DNA of 60,516 nucleotides, from the NCBI GenBank assembly GCA_903905445.1, contig CAIVGO010000673.1, positions 1 through 60,516 on the forward strand. The letters are read 5' to 3'. The stretch's first letter is position 1, and every line of letters begins with the position of its first letter. Below are positions 38,062 through 46,199 of this stretch, piece by piece. The notes below the pieces were generated by a model. That model worked only from the letters and a program-made list of their open reading frames with translations, made no database searches and had not been told where the DNA came from. The translations under genes and the position numbers were made by a program. This stretch comes from an uncultured Bacteroidota bacterium. GTDB taxonomy: Bacteria; Bacteroidota; Bacteroidia; Chitinophagales; Saprospiraceae.

Positions 38062-39186
38062 CTAAAAACCTGATTTCCACTTTTGGGCAATGCGTAGGGC
38101 CGTTTCAAGCATGGCAGGGTGCCACTGTTCAACTTCCCAAGCTGTATTGGCCAGCGATGACGTACTTAATTGTTCCAGGCACTGCGCATAATTTTCGCAG
38201 GTTTCGAGGATCGTTGAAAGTTGTCGTTGTTGTTCAAACAACGGTATATCTTCCATAACAGGACCTAAAACAGGTAAATCTTGCGGTAAAAAGGTGTTTG
38301 TTGCTGGCTTTGAAAGCTGGCAGGCTTTTACTATTTCATCCATTTTTAAAAAATCGGCCTGAAACAATGCTCGACTGGCTTCCGTGCGCAAACCAACGCC
38401 CAATTGCTCCAGGACCACAAATTTCAGGTTAGGGCATCGTGGCAGGGCATATTCTAAAAACTGAAAAACCTCCGCGGGAACCCCGTCATCGTGGGTATCT
38501 CTGCGTACCATTTTTTCAGGTTGTACCGCAGTTTGATCCCAACTTCCGCCTGAAATATGGATTTCGCGCACCCGATCAAGCGGATAAAGCGCCAATAATG
38601 CATCTACGGGCAGGTCAAAATTGTGGGTTTGACAATAAAGGTTGTGTAAATCGAGGATAATAAACCCGTTGAGCGGGGCAAGCAAGGCCTCCAGAAACGC
38701 GCCATGGCGTTTTACTTCCTCTAATGTATAAGAGAAAGCCAGGTTTTCTAATCCGACCGGACAGGCGCAGGCGTCGTATATGCGCGCGAGTCGATCGCGG
38801 CCAATGGCCAGCGTTGCGGGGGTAAAGGGGATACTCATCGGCGCTCCGGTATGAAAATTGGCGCCTGTCATAAAACCGAAATGCTCGGTAATATGATCAA
38901 AATGAAAGGTTTTACACAAATTGTGCAGTTGCTCCAACCACCCTGTTTGTGCCTCTGACCATTTTCCGGAGAAAAGCGAAAAAAACACCCCATGCCCAAT
39001 CAATCGTTGCTCGGCACTGTACGCATGAAGCAGTTGTGTAAACCATTCGGGTACCTCCTTTATTTTGAACAAGGTATCGAACGACCATTCAATTGCTTCA
39101 ATTTTTTCTGCCTCCAAAAGTGGCAGCGCGGCCTGCAAAACATGCTGATCGAGGTTGCAGGCGATTGCCGAATAAATATTGCGCAT
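38062..39186 (-). CDS. DUF692 / MNIO (multinuclear non-heme iron oxidative enzyme; MbnB/TglH/ChrH-like) with a ~90-aa C-terminal extension
   Basis: Ordered motifs HGVFFSL, TEHFGF, GLENL, LDLHNLY, EIHISGG, RRDTHDD and VVLEQ correspond to the His/Asp/Glu metal-ligand series of the TIM-barrel DUF692 family as I recall it (MbnB has SDH, LEN, DxxN, HxAG, DTHD, ER). Residues ~285-374 extend beyond the usual domain end. Confidence 0.8.
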   Translation of the reverse strand: MRNIYSAIACNLDQHVLQAALPLLEAEKIEAIEWSFDTLFKIKEVPEWFTQLLHAYSAEQRLIGHGVFFSLFSGKWSEAQTGWLEQLHNLCKTFHFDHITEHFGFMTGANFHTGAPMSIPFTPATLAIGRDRLARIYDACACPVGLENLAFSYTLEEVKRHGAFLEALLAPLNGFIILDLHNLYCQTHNFDLPVDALLALYPLDRVREIHISGGSWDQTAVQPEKMVRRDTHDDGVPAEVFQFLEYALPRCPNLKFVVLEQLGVGLRTEASRALFQADFLKMDEIVKACQLSKPATNTFLPQDLPVLGPVMEDIPLFEQQRQLSTILETCENYAQCLEQLSTSSLANTAWEVEQWHPAMLETALRIAQKWKSGF

Positions 39187-39204
39187 GGGGTGCTTTAAGG
39201 GGTA

Positions 39205-39393
39205 TTAGCCCATGCCGCAGGCTGGACAGTTGTCCAATTCGGGCTCAGGGTTTTCGGTATGATCAATTTGGCAGTTTTCATTGCAACTTTTGAGGTGAAT
39301 TTGTTCTTTTTCGAACAATTCGCAGGAAGAAGCGGTGGTGCCGAGGGTAAGGCCAACCACAATGGCCTGAAGTAATGATTTAGAGATTTTCAT
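39205..39393 (-). CDS. Candidate RiPP precursor peptide (62 aa, 5 Cys, C-terminal CPACGMG)
   Basis: MKISKSLLQAIVVGLTLGTTASSC (signal/lipobox-like) + ELFEKEQIHLKSCNENCQIDHTENPEPELDN + CPACGMG. Stop codon is 18 nt upstream of the MNIO start on the same strand. Confidence 0.65.
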   Translation of the reverse strand: MKISKSLLQAIVVGLTLGTTASSCELFEKEQIHLKSCNENCQIDHTENPEPELDNCPACGMG

Positions 39394-39469
39394 AGGTGGG
39401 TTTTAATTTTTAACATGAATACCAGCAAGACGCAATGAACCTGGTTTCCGTTGGGCTTCTTTGCTCTTT

Positions 39470-40453
39470 TTAAATAAATTTTTGAAAATAGATCTTTTCG
39501 ATGCTAAAATCAATCGCCTTATGCCCCTTTTCTAATTGTTCAATCAAGGTCAACTGGTTGCGAGCGAAGGCTTTGTGTGCTGGTGTATTTTGGTGAAAAG
39601 GTCGGTGCTGCACCGCTGCCAGCAGTTTCTCCAGGGATTGATTTAATTGGCGGGTTGTCTCCGAAAAGTACAGCGCGCCGAATATCTCCCAAATATATTC
39701 CACTGCCTGGGCATTGGGATGGATCATATCTTCTCCGTAAAAACGGTAATCACGCAAGTCATCCATCAAAATTTCATAGGCCGGAAAATAGGATACATTG
39801 GGGTGCTGCCCACAAAGCGCTTCACAGGCAAGACTCAAAACGGCCTTACTGCGCTGGTTTTCGATCATGCCCTGGCGCAAATGCCGCACTGGACTTACAC
39901 TCAGCACAATCTTCAAATCGGGGCGAAAAGTTTGAATTTGTGCAAAAACTCGGGTGTATTGATCCACAATTGCTTGTACCGACATGCGATTTTGAACAAA
40001 CAGGGCAGCAGGCATTTTATGGTTATTGGCCACTATTTGGCCGTTTTCAAGCAAGGAAAATACATCGGCCGTACCCAAGGTGAGGCATAACACATCCGTT
40101 TGCAGCAATTGTGCGCGGGCGGTCGAAAACGCAGTGTGCATACTTGCTTCCGCGGTTTGGCGGTCGGGGTGCCCCAAAGCACTATGGAACGACCAACTAT
40201 TCCAAACTCCTTGATTTTCAAAGGTTTCTCCAATAAATTCATCCACATTTCCGGCACATAAAGCCTCCAAGGCATGCGCCATAGAATACGGATTATACAC
40301 GATGCCAAAAGGGTTGCACAACACCTGAAATTTGCGCGTCTGCAGGTACCGGCCTATGTGTTCGGTAAAGCAAGAGCCCATCATCAGCATTTGCTGGGTG
40401 TGGTTCAATTTGAAATCAGCAGGAGGGCTCGAAAAAACAGTTCTAAACGTCAT
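39470..40453 (-). CDS. GSCFA-domain protein
   Basis: Eponymous motif MMGSCFTEHIG near the N-terminus. 327 aa. Function unknown. Confidence 0.75.
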   Translation of the reverse strand: MTFRTVFSSPPADFKLNHTQQMLMMGSCFTEHIGRYLQTRKFQVLCNPFGIVYNPYSMAHALEALCAGNVDEFIGETFENQGVWNSWSFHSALGHPDRQTAEASMHTAFSTARAQLLQTDVLCLTLGTADVFSLLENGQIVANNHKMPAALFVQNRMSVQAIVDQYTRVFAQIQTFRPDLKIVLSVSPVRHLRQGMIENQRSKAVLSLACEALCGQHPNVSYFPAYEILMDDLRDYRFYGEDMIHPNAQAVEYIWEIFGALYFSETTRQLNQSLEKLLAAVQHRPFHQNTPAHKAFARNQLTLIEQLEKGHKAIDFSIEKIYFQKFI

Positions 40454-40487
40454 TTTTAAGGAATCATAAATTTACACACAAACTTCC

Positions 40488-40495
40488 TACTTTTG
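40488..40495 (+). promoter_or_regulatory. -7 box TACTTTTG
   Basis: Exact TAnnTTTG match, 16 nt upstream of the ATG at 40511. Argues against the track start at 40493. Confidence 0.5.
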
Positions 40496-40510
40496 GCGCG
40501 CAATCAACTT

Positions 40511-41842
40511 ATGAGTTTTTTAGAACGCCTTCTTGGAATTAGTACCGACAAAAAATCCACGCAACCCGAGGTTGTGTTTGGACGGTATAGTGATGCCTAT
40601 AAAACAGAAGCACAGATCACTGCATTCGACCAATCCCTCGAAATATTTGAAAAAGGCGAATACCTGAATGCCTACCGCGAATTCCTGATCAGCCTCAAAG
40701 ATCCGGATGTTGATCATCTGGAATGGGCGGAAGCAGACGGTGTGCTCACTTTTCAATTTTGGCAAGGATCACAGTTGATTACCGGTGTCGCCAATGCAGA
40801 AAAGGTAAAGGTACAAAGTCTGGTAGCACGCGCCGAAGATTTGAACGTTGGCGTATTACGTCGCCTGGTAACGGCCAATTTTACCTTAAAATTTAGTCGT
40901 TTTGCCCTTACCCCTGATAATTGTCTGAGTATTCAGTTCGACACCAGCACGGCCGATGGCTCGCCGCTGAAGTTGATGTATGCTTTGCGGGAGTTGGCCA
41001 TTTATGCCGACAAGCAGGATGACCTGCTGCTCGACGAATTTGATACCCTGCAACCGGTGGTAGCGCGCACTTTTGGCGAAATACCCGAGGCGGAGAAAGA
41101 AGTAAAATACCAGTTTATCCGTTCTGAAATCGAGCGGGTATTTGCCGAATTAGACAAAGCCAAGCCTGATCCCAATCAATATCCGGGCGCTTACGCCTAT
41201 TTATTGCTGTCTTTGGCCTTCAAACTCGACTATTTGGTTCGACCAGAAGGGTTTATGATGGATGTGCTGGAAAAAATCCACGGCATTTATTTTGCAAAAA
41301 ATGAAAAAACGCCGCAGGTGAAGGTGGCCAATATGCGCCGGGAATACCAGAAATTATTGGACCGGAGCAAAGCCGATTTTTTCAAAGAAATGTACCGCAC
41401 ACGCAGCACTTTTGGCGTTAATCCGGCAGTAAATCACGGCAGCGTGGTGGCTTTGATTGATGGCGAATTGCCCAATATGGAATGGCCTTTGCAACAAAAC
41501 CACGAAGTTTTGGCCTTGGCGGTCCCTCAATATATTGCTGGTTTTGCGTTGTTTCACTATGCGCCGCCGCAGCCGGTACGAGCCTTTTTCCACTTGTTTT
41601 TTCAGATCATGGAACCGGCATTTTTCAAAAACTTGGGCTTTACGGTTACTTTTGCAGATGGAGCGGGACGATTAGACAAACGTGCCATTTTACAAGGCAT
41701 CAAGCAAATTACCGATCAATACCGGCCTCAATTCCCACAGCTCCGACCTGACCAACATGCGTTGGATTTTGCTTCCCATACCCTTTTTGCCAAGTCTTAC
41801 CTCCTGATGGTCAAAGATTTAAACCTTATCAAGGCCGAATGA
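40511..41842 (+). CDS. Hypothetical protein (443 aa), N-terminal region YbjN/T3SS-chaperone-like by eye
   Basis: No catalytic motifs recognised. The segment DGVLTFQFWQGSQLITGVAN..KVKVQSLV..NFTLKFSRFAL resembles the beta-sheet pattern of YbjN-type domains. ATGA overlap with the next gene. Confidence 0.5.
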   Translation: MSFLERLLGISTDKKSTQPEVVFGRYSDAYKTEAQITAFDQSLEIFEKGEYLNAYREFLISLKDPDVDHLEWAEADGVLTFQFWQGSQLITGVANAEKVKVQSLVARAEDLNVGVLRRLVTANFTLKFSRFALTPDNCLSIQFDTSTADGSPLKLMYALRELAIYADKQDDLLLDEFDTLQPVVARTFGEIPEAEKEVKYQFIRSEIERVFAELDKAKPDPNQYPGAYAYLLLSLAFKLDYLVRPEGFMMDVLEKIHGIYFAKNEKTPQVKVANMRREYQKLLDRSKADFFKEMYRTRSTFGVNPAVNHGSVVALIDGELPNMEWPLQQNHEVLALAVPQYIAGFALFHYAPPQPVRAFFHLFFQIMEPAFFKNLGFTVTFADGAGRLDKRAILQGIKQITDQYRPQFPQLRPDQHALDFASHTLFAKSYLLMVKDLNLIKAE

Positions 41843-42924
41843 CCGATTTTGTTGAAATATATCGCCAGGTAATTGTTCAAATTGCCACGCCCAACAGCAC
41901 CGGTACCGGCTTTTTTCTCCGGAACCAAGGCCTGATTGTCACCAACCATCATGTGGTGGAAGGCAATCGCTCGGTTGTAATTGAAGGTGCAGGTTTTACC
42001 AAACAATTGGCGCGGGTGTGTTATACCGATCAAAAGTACGACCTGGCTTTTCTGGAAGGCCCTAAAAATGGTCCGGAATTGCCCGAAGTTCACTTGGGTA
42101 CGGATACCAATATTCGGGAAGGGGATCCGGTTATGGCCATTGGACACCCGTTTGGCCTAAAATTTTCGGTAAAAAGCGGCATTGTCTCAAATACCCGCGA
42201 AGTGATGAATGGCATCCCGTACCTGCATATCGACGCGGCGCTCAACCCGGGCAACAGCGGCGGCCCTTTGGTCAGCAACATTGGTACGGTGGTAGGAATC
42301 AATACTTTTGTGATTCAAAATGGCGATAATACCGGATTTTCTTTGCCGGTGCGTTATTTACAATCGGCCCTTGAAGATTTTCAACGGGTGGATACCCATA
42401 ATGCCGCGCGTTGCCCAGCCTGCCTGAATGTGGTAACCGAAAAAACCGTGGAAAAGCATTTTTGCTCCCACTGTGGCAACAAGGTGGAACTCCCCGCTAC
42501 GGTGGAAGAATTTGTACCTTCCGGGGTGCCCAAAACCATCGAATCACTGATTGTGCAAATCGGACATGATGTAGATTTGAGCCGTTGCGGCCCTAATGCC
42601 TGGGAAATTCGCGAGGGAAGTGCCAAGATTCTGATTACTTATCATGAAAAAACCGGACTGATTTCTGCCGACGCGATTTTATGTGAATTGCCCAAGGAAA
42701 ATATCAAACCTTTATACGAGTACTTGTTGCGCGAAAACCACCACAATGAATCCGTCACTTTAAGCGTGCACGAACAAGATATTATCCTTTCCCTGCTTAT
42801 TTTCGATCGATATTTGGATGAAACGACCGGCATGGCCAAATTGCGGATGTTGTTCGAAAAAGCCGACTACTACGACAATATTCTGGTGGAAACTTATGGT
42901 GCCAACTGGAAAGTAGAAGACTAA
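41839..42924 (+). CDS. Trypsin-like (S1) serine protease + CxxC...CxxC zinc ribbon + YbjN-like C-terminal domain
   Basis: Triad contexts TNHHVVEG (His), YDLAFL (Asp), GNSGGPL (Ser). CPACLN...CSHCGNK zinc ribbon. C-terminal WEIREGSAKILITYHEKTGLISADAIL...YEYLLREN. Confidence 0.75.
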   Translation: MTDFVEIYRQVIVQIATPNSTGTGFFLRNQGLIVTNHHVVEGNRSVVIEGAGFTKQLARVCYTDQKYDLAFLEGPKNGPELPEVHLGTDTNIREGDPVMAIGHPFGLKFSVKSGIVSNTREVMNGIPYLHIDAALNPGNSGGPLVSNIGTVVGINTFVIQNGDNTGFSLPVRYLQSALEDFQRVDTHNAARCPACLNVVTEKTVEKHFCSHCGNKVELPATVEEFVPSGVPKTIESLIVQIGHDVDLSRCGPNAWEIREGSAKILITYHEKTGLISADAILCELPKENIKPLYEYLLRENHHNESVTLSVHEQDIILSLLIFDRYLDETTGMAKLRMLFEKADYYDNILVETYGANWKVED

Positions 42925-44114
42925 ATTTTGCTGTGGCCTTTCCAGAACAAATAGATTAGGCCCCCCAAATTCATGAGTGCCGCTGCATAAAATACGGCTG
43001 ACATACGCCCGATTTGATCGGCAAAATACCATCCGCTCAAGGCTGCGCCTCCTCCAATTGCAATTTCCAGGGCCATAAACATGGTAGCCAGCGCCCTACC
43101 CTTCTTTTCCGGATCGCCTAAATCGATCGTCCAGGCGTTTATTGCAGGTGAGAAAATGCCATTCCCCAAACCAAACACGGCAGAAGCAATATAGAGCATC
43201 CAAGGAGTATTGGCATGGGCAAATAGCAGCATCGAAATGCCGATTACCACCGCAGAGGCCTTCAGCACCGGAATGCGCCCCCATTGATCGGATATTTTTC
43301 CCGCAAAAAAACGCGTGCTAATGCTTGCCAGGGTAAAAATGGCAAAAAAAGTGCCCCGGTTGCTTAATCCCAAGGCATCGCTCAAATCTGGGGCAAGGGT
43401 AAGAATCACCCCATAACTGAAATAGCAAAAAATCATGATGATGGCCGCCGGGATCGCCTGTGGATCAAAGATGTCTTCCCGTTTAATCCGCAATAATTCC
43501 CATCGAAAAGGCTGGGTCGGGCTGAGTGTTTCTTTCAAACGCATCAAAATAACCATCGAAAGAAAGGCCAGTACCGCCGAGGCATAAAACATTACATTGA
43601 TGTTGTGGAAGGCTTTCACCAACCAACTGCCTAATAAAGGGGAGGCAGAAGCACCCACACTCAGACAAATGCCCAAAACGCCCATCGCTTCTCCCCTGCG
43701 CAAGGGCGAAACAATATCGGCCACATACGCGGTGGTACCCGTCGGTTTGAAACCCGTAGAAAAGCCATGAAAAAAGCGCAAAGTCAGAAATCCGCTTACA
43801 AATGCCAAAGCAGGATACAGCATACTGCAAATAATACAGGCAAAAACGCCCACATACATCACCGGGATGCGCCCAATGGTATCGGTAAGACGACCGCTAA
43901 ATGGCCTGGAAATGCCCGCTGTCAGGGTAAAAAGCGCAATAATCCAGCCTTTATATTGCGCACCGCCCAGAGAACTCAAATATGCGGGCAACTCCGGAAT
44001 CATCATATTGAAACTGGAAGCAAACAGGGCATGCGACAAGCAAAGCAGTAAAAATGGCCTGGAATAAAGCGATTGCGGCACTGCTTCAGCCGCTACAGGG
44101 GTAGAAAATTGCAT
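42921..44114 (-). CDS. MFS transporter
   Basis: 12 transmembrane-like segments. GRLTDTIGR and GKISDQWGR loop motifs (the D-R/K-x-G-R signature in both halves). Confidence 0.8.
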   Translation of the reverse strand: MQFSTPVAAEAVPQSLYSRPFLLLCLSHALFASSFNMMIPELPAYLSSLGGAQYKGWIIALFTLTAGISRPFSGRLTDTIGRIPVMYVGVFACIICSMLYPALAFVSGFLTLRFFHGFSTGFKPTGTTAYVADIVSPLRRGEAMGVLGICLSVGASASPLLGSWLVKAFHNINVMFYASAVLAFLSMVILMRLKETLSPTQPFRWELLRIKREDIFDPQAIPAAIIMIFCYFSYGVILTLAPDLSDALGLSNRGTFFAIFTLASISTRFFAGKISDQWGRIPVLKASAVVIGISMLLFAHANTPWMLYIASAVFGLGNGIFSPAINAWTIDLGDPEKKGRALATMFMALEIAIGGGAALSGWYFADQIGRMSAVFYAAALMNLGGLIYLFWKGHSKI

Positions 44115-44138
44115 GCACAAAGGTAGGGCGCGCTTTAC

Positions 44139-44768
44139 TTAAGGCGCAACGGGCGGCAATTTACTTTTTACAAAAGCAGCCACCACTTCAATTCCGGCAT
44201 CAAACCGCGCATTGTTGTTGATTACGATGTCGGCTTCTTCTTTATACGGCAAAATGTAGCGCTCGTAAGAAGGCAATACATGGTGCTGGTATTTGTACAA
44301 AACATCATCGATCGGATAACCGCGCTCCACCTGATCTCGGTAAATGCGCCGAATCACCTTCAGATTTTCTTTGGCATAAATGAAAATTTTCAGGTTGAAC
44401 ATCGGCGCAATTTTTTTGTAATGGAGCACAAAAAGCCCTTCCACAATAATCACGGGCGCTGGCAGGTAGGTCAATAATTTGGGTTTGGCGGCTGCATTAT
44501 TAAAGGTGTATTCTTCCTTGATCACTATTTTCCCGGCCACCAATTGTTCCAAATCGTCGCGAAACCGTTTTTTATCAAAACTTTTGGGCAAATCGTAGTT
44601 TTTTTCTCCTTTATCGTCCTCTTTTTGTTGATCTCGGGGCAGATAATATTCATCCATCGAAATGATACAAAGTTCTTGTTCGGTGAATCGTTCGCGCAAA
44701 TGTTGGATAAAAGTAGACTTTCCGCTGCCAGAGCCGCCGGTGATACCAATCAGAAAAGGTGCATTCAT
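44139..44768 (-). CDS. udk: Uridine kinase
   Basis: P-loop IGITGGSGSGKST from the internal ATG, plus the downstream pattern IIVEGLF...R..RD. The ORF-track N-terminal extension is rejected. Confidence 0.8.
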   Translation of the reverse strand: MNAPFLIGITGGSGSGKSTFIQHLRERFTEQELCIISMDEYYLPRDQQKEDDKGEKNYDLPKSFDKKRFRDDLEQLVAGKIVIKEEYTFNNAAAKPKLLTYLPAPVIIVEGLFVLHYKKIAPMFNLKIFIYAKENLKVIRRIYRDQVERGYPIDDVLYKYQHHVLPSYERYILPYKEEADIVINNNARFDAGIEVVAAFVKSKLPPVAP

Positions 44769-44936
44769 GTGTAGGATGGTTGAATGCTGCAAAAGTAGGC
44801 TTTCCGGTAAATTTTTTTTGTAAACCAAGTGTGCTGCTTACTTTTAGCGGTTTTTTAACGCAATACTGTTTTCTTTGCCATTTGAAGGACAGCATCACCT
44901 GTCATACTCGTTCAACCAGCTTAAAATAGCATCAGC

Positions 44937-46172
44937 ATGGATCGGTTTATTGGGCTTATAGGAATTGCCCTGATTTTGGGAATCGCATATTTACTTTCGA
45001 ACAACCGCAAGGCCATCAATTACCGGGTGGTGGGGATGGGCCTGCTCATTCAGGCGAGTTTGGCTGTTTTTATCTTAAAAACACCCGCAGGGAAGTCGAT
45101 TTTTGGCTGGTTGGGCAAGGCGGTTACCAAGGTGTTGAGTTTTTCGGATGAGGGCGCAAAGTTTGTTTTTGGGGTATTGGGCGATGATGCCAAGTTGGCG
45201 CCTTTGTTTGGTGACCAAACTTTTATCTTTTTTGTGCGCATTATTCCGACCATCATCTTCGTAGCTTGTTTGGTCAATATTTTTTATCACATCGGTGTGA
45301 TGCAGTGGATTGTAGAAAAATTAGCCATCGGGCTCAATTATTTTATGCGGGTGAGCGGTGCCGAGGCCTTGAGCAATATTTCCAGTGCATTTGTAGGGCA
45401 GGTGGAAGCCCAAATTATGATCAAGCCATATTTAAAGGGCATGACCAATTCTGAGTTGATGGCTTCCATGTCGGGCAGTTTTGCCTGTATTGCAGGCGGT
45501 GTGATGGCTACTTATATCAAATTTGGGGTGCCGGCCGAGTATTTGATTGCAGCCAGCATTATGGCGGCACCAGGTGCCTTGGCTATTTCAAAAATCATTT
45601 ACCCCGAAACAGAAGAATCAGAAACTACGGGCACGGTCAAATTAAAAGTGGGCAAACAGCATTCAAATTTGGTGGATGCGATCAGCGCGGGTTGTTCGGA
45701 CGGCTTGAAAGTAGGTTTGAACGTGGTCGCCATGTTGATTGGTTTTTTGGCCTTAATTGCCTTAATTAATTATATATTGAGTGGTGCCGGTGCTTTGGTG
45801 GGTTACCCGCAGTTCAGCCTCAACACCATTTTAGGGGGCCTGTTTGCGGGTTTTGCCTGGGCCATGGGCGTGCCGGGCCAGGATGTGATGACGGCGGGTG
45901 CTTTGATGGGTACCAAATTGGTGGCCAATGAGTTTGTAGCCTATTTGCAGTTAAAAGACATCCTTACCACCATTGATCCCAAAACCTTGGTGATTGTAAG
46001 TTTTGCATTGTGCGGGTTTGCTAATTTTGGTTCGGTGGGTATTCAAATTGGTGGTATTTCGGCCCTCGAGCCGAGTAGAAGGTCTGATTTAGCCAAATTG
46101 GGCTTCCGAGCCTTGATCGCTGGCACCCTTGCATCGTATTTGTCGGCCACGTTGGCGGGCATTTTAACCTAA
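44937..46172 (+). CDS. NupC-family (CNT) nucleoside transporter
   Basis: N-terminus FIGLIGIALILGIAYLLSNNRKAINYR and GxEAL..I...FVGQ.EA motifs. Divergent from udk. Confidence 0.8.
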   Translation: MDRFIGLIGIALILGIAYLLSNNRKAINYRVVGMGLLIQASLAVFILKTPAGKSIFGWLGKAVTKVLSFSDEGAKFVFGVLGDDAKLAPLFGDQTFIFFVRIIPTIIFVACLVNIFYHIGVMQWIVEKLAIGLNYFMRVSGAEALSNISSAFVGQVEAQIMIKPYLKGMTNSELMASMSGSFACIAGGVMATYIKFGVPAEYLIAASIMAAPGALAISKIIYPETEESETTGTVKLKVGKQHSNLVDAISAGCSDGLKVGLNVVAMLIGFLALIALINYILSGAGALVGYPQFSLNTILGGLFAGFAWAMGVPGQDVMTAGALMGTKLVANEFVAYLQLKDILTTIDPKTLVIVSFALCGFANFGSVGIQIGGISALEPSRRSDLAKLGFRALIAGTLASYLSATLAGILT

Positions 46173-46199
46173 ACATGTTCACTGAAAAACAAAAACCGT

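Noticed and set aside
39394-39469. Dedicated promoter for the RiPP precursor
   Set aside because: There is no TAnnTTTG match on the minus strand in the 76-nt gap, only a weak TATTCATG. The precursor may be co-transcribed with the upstream GSCFA gene, so no promoter feature was called.
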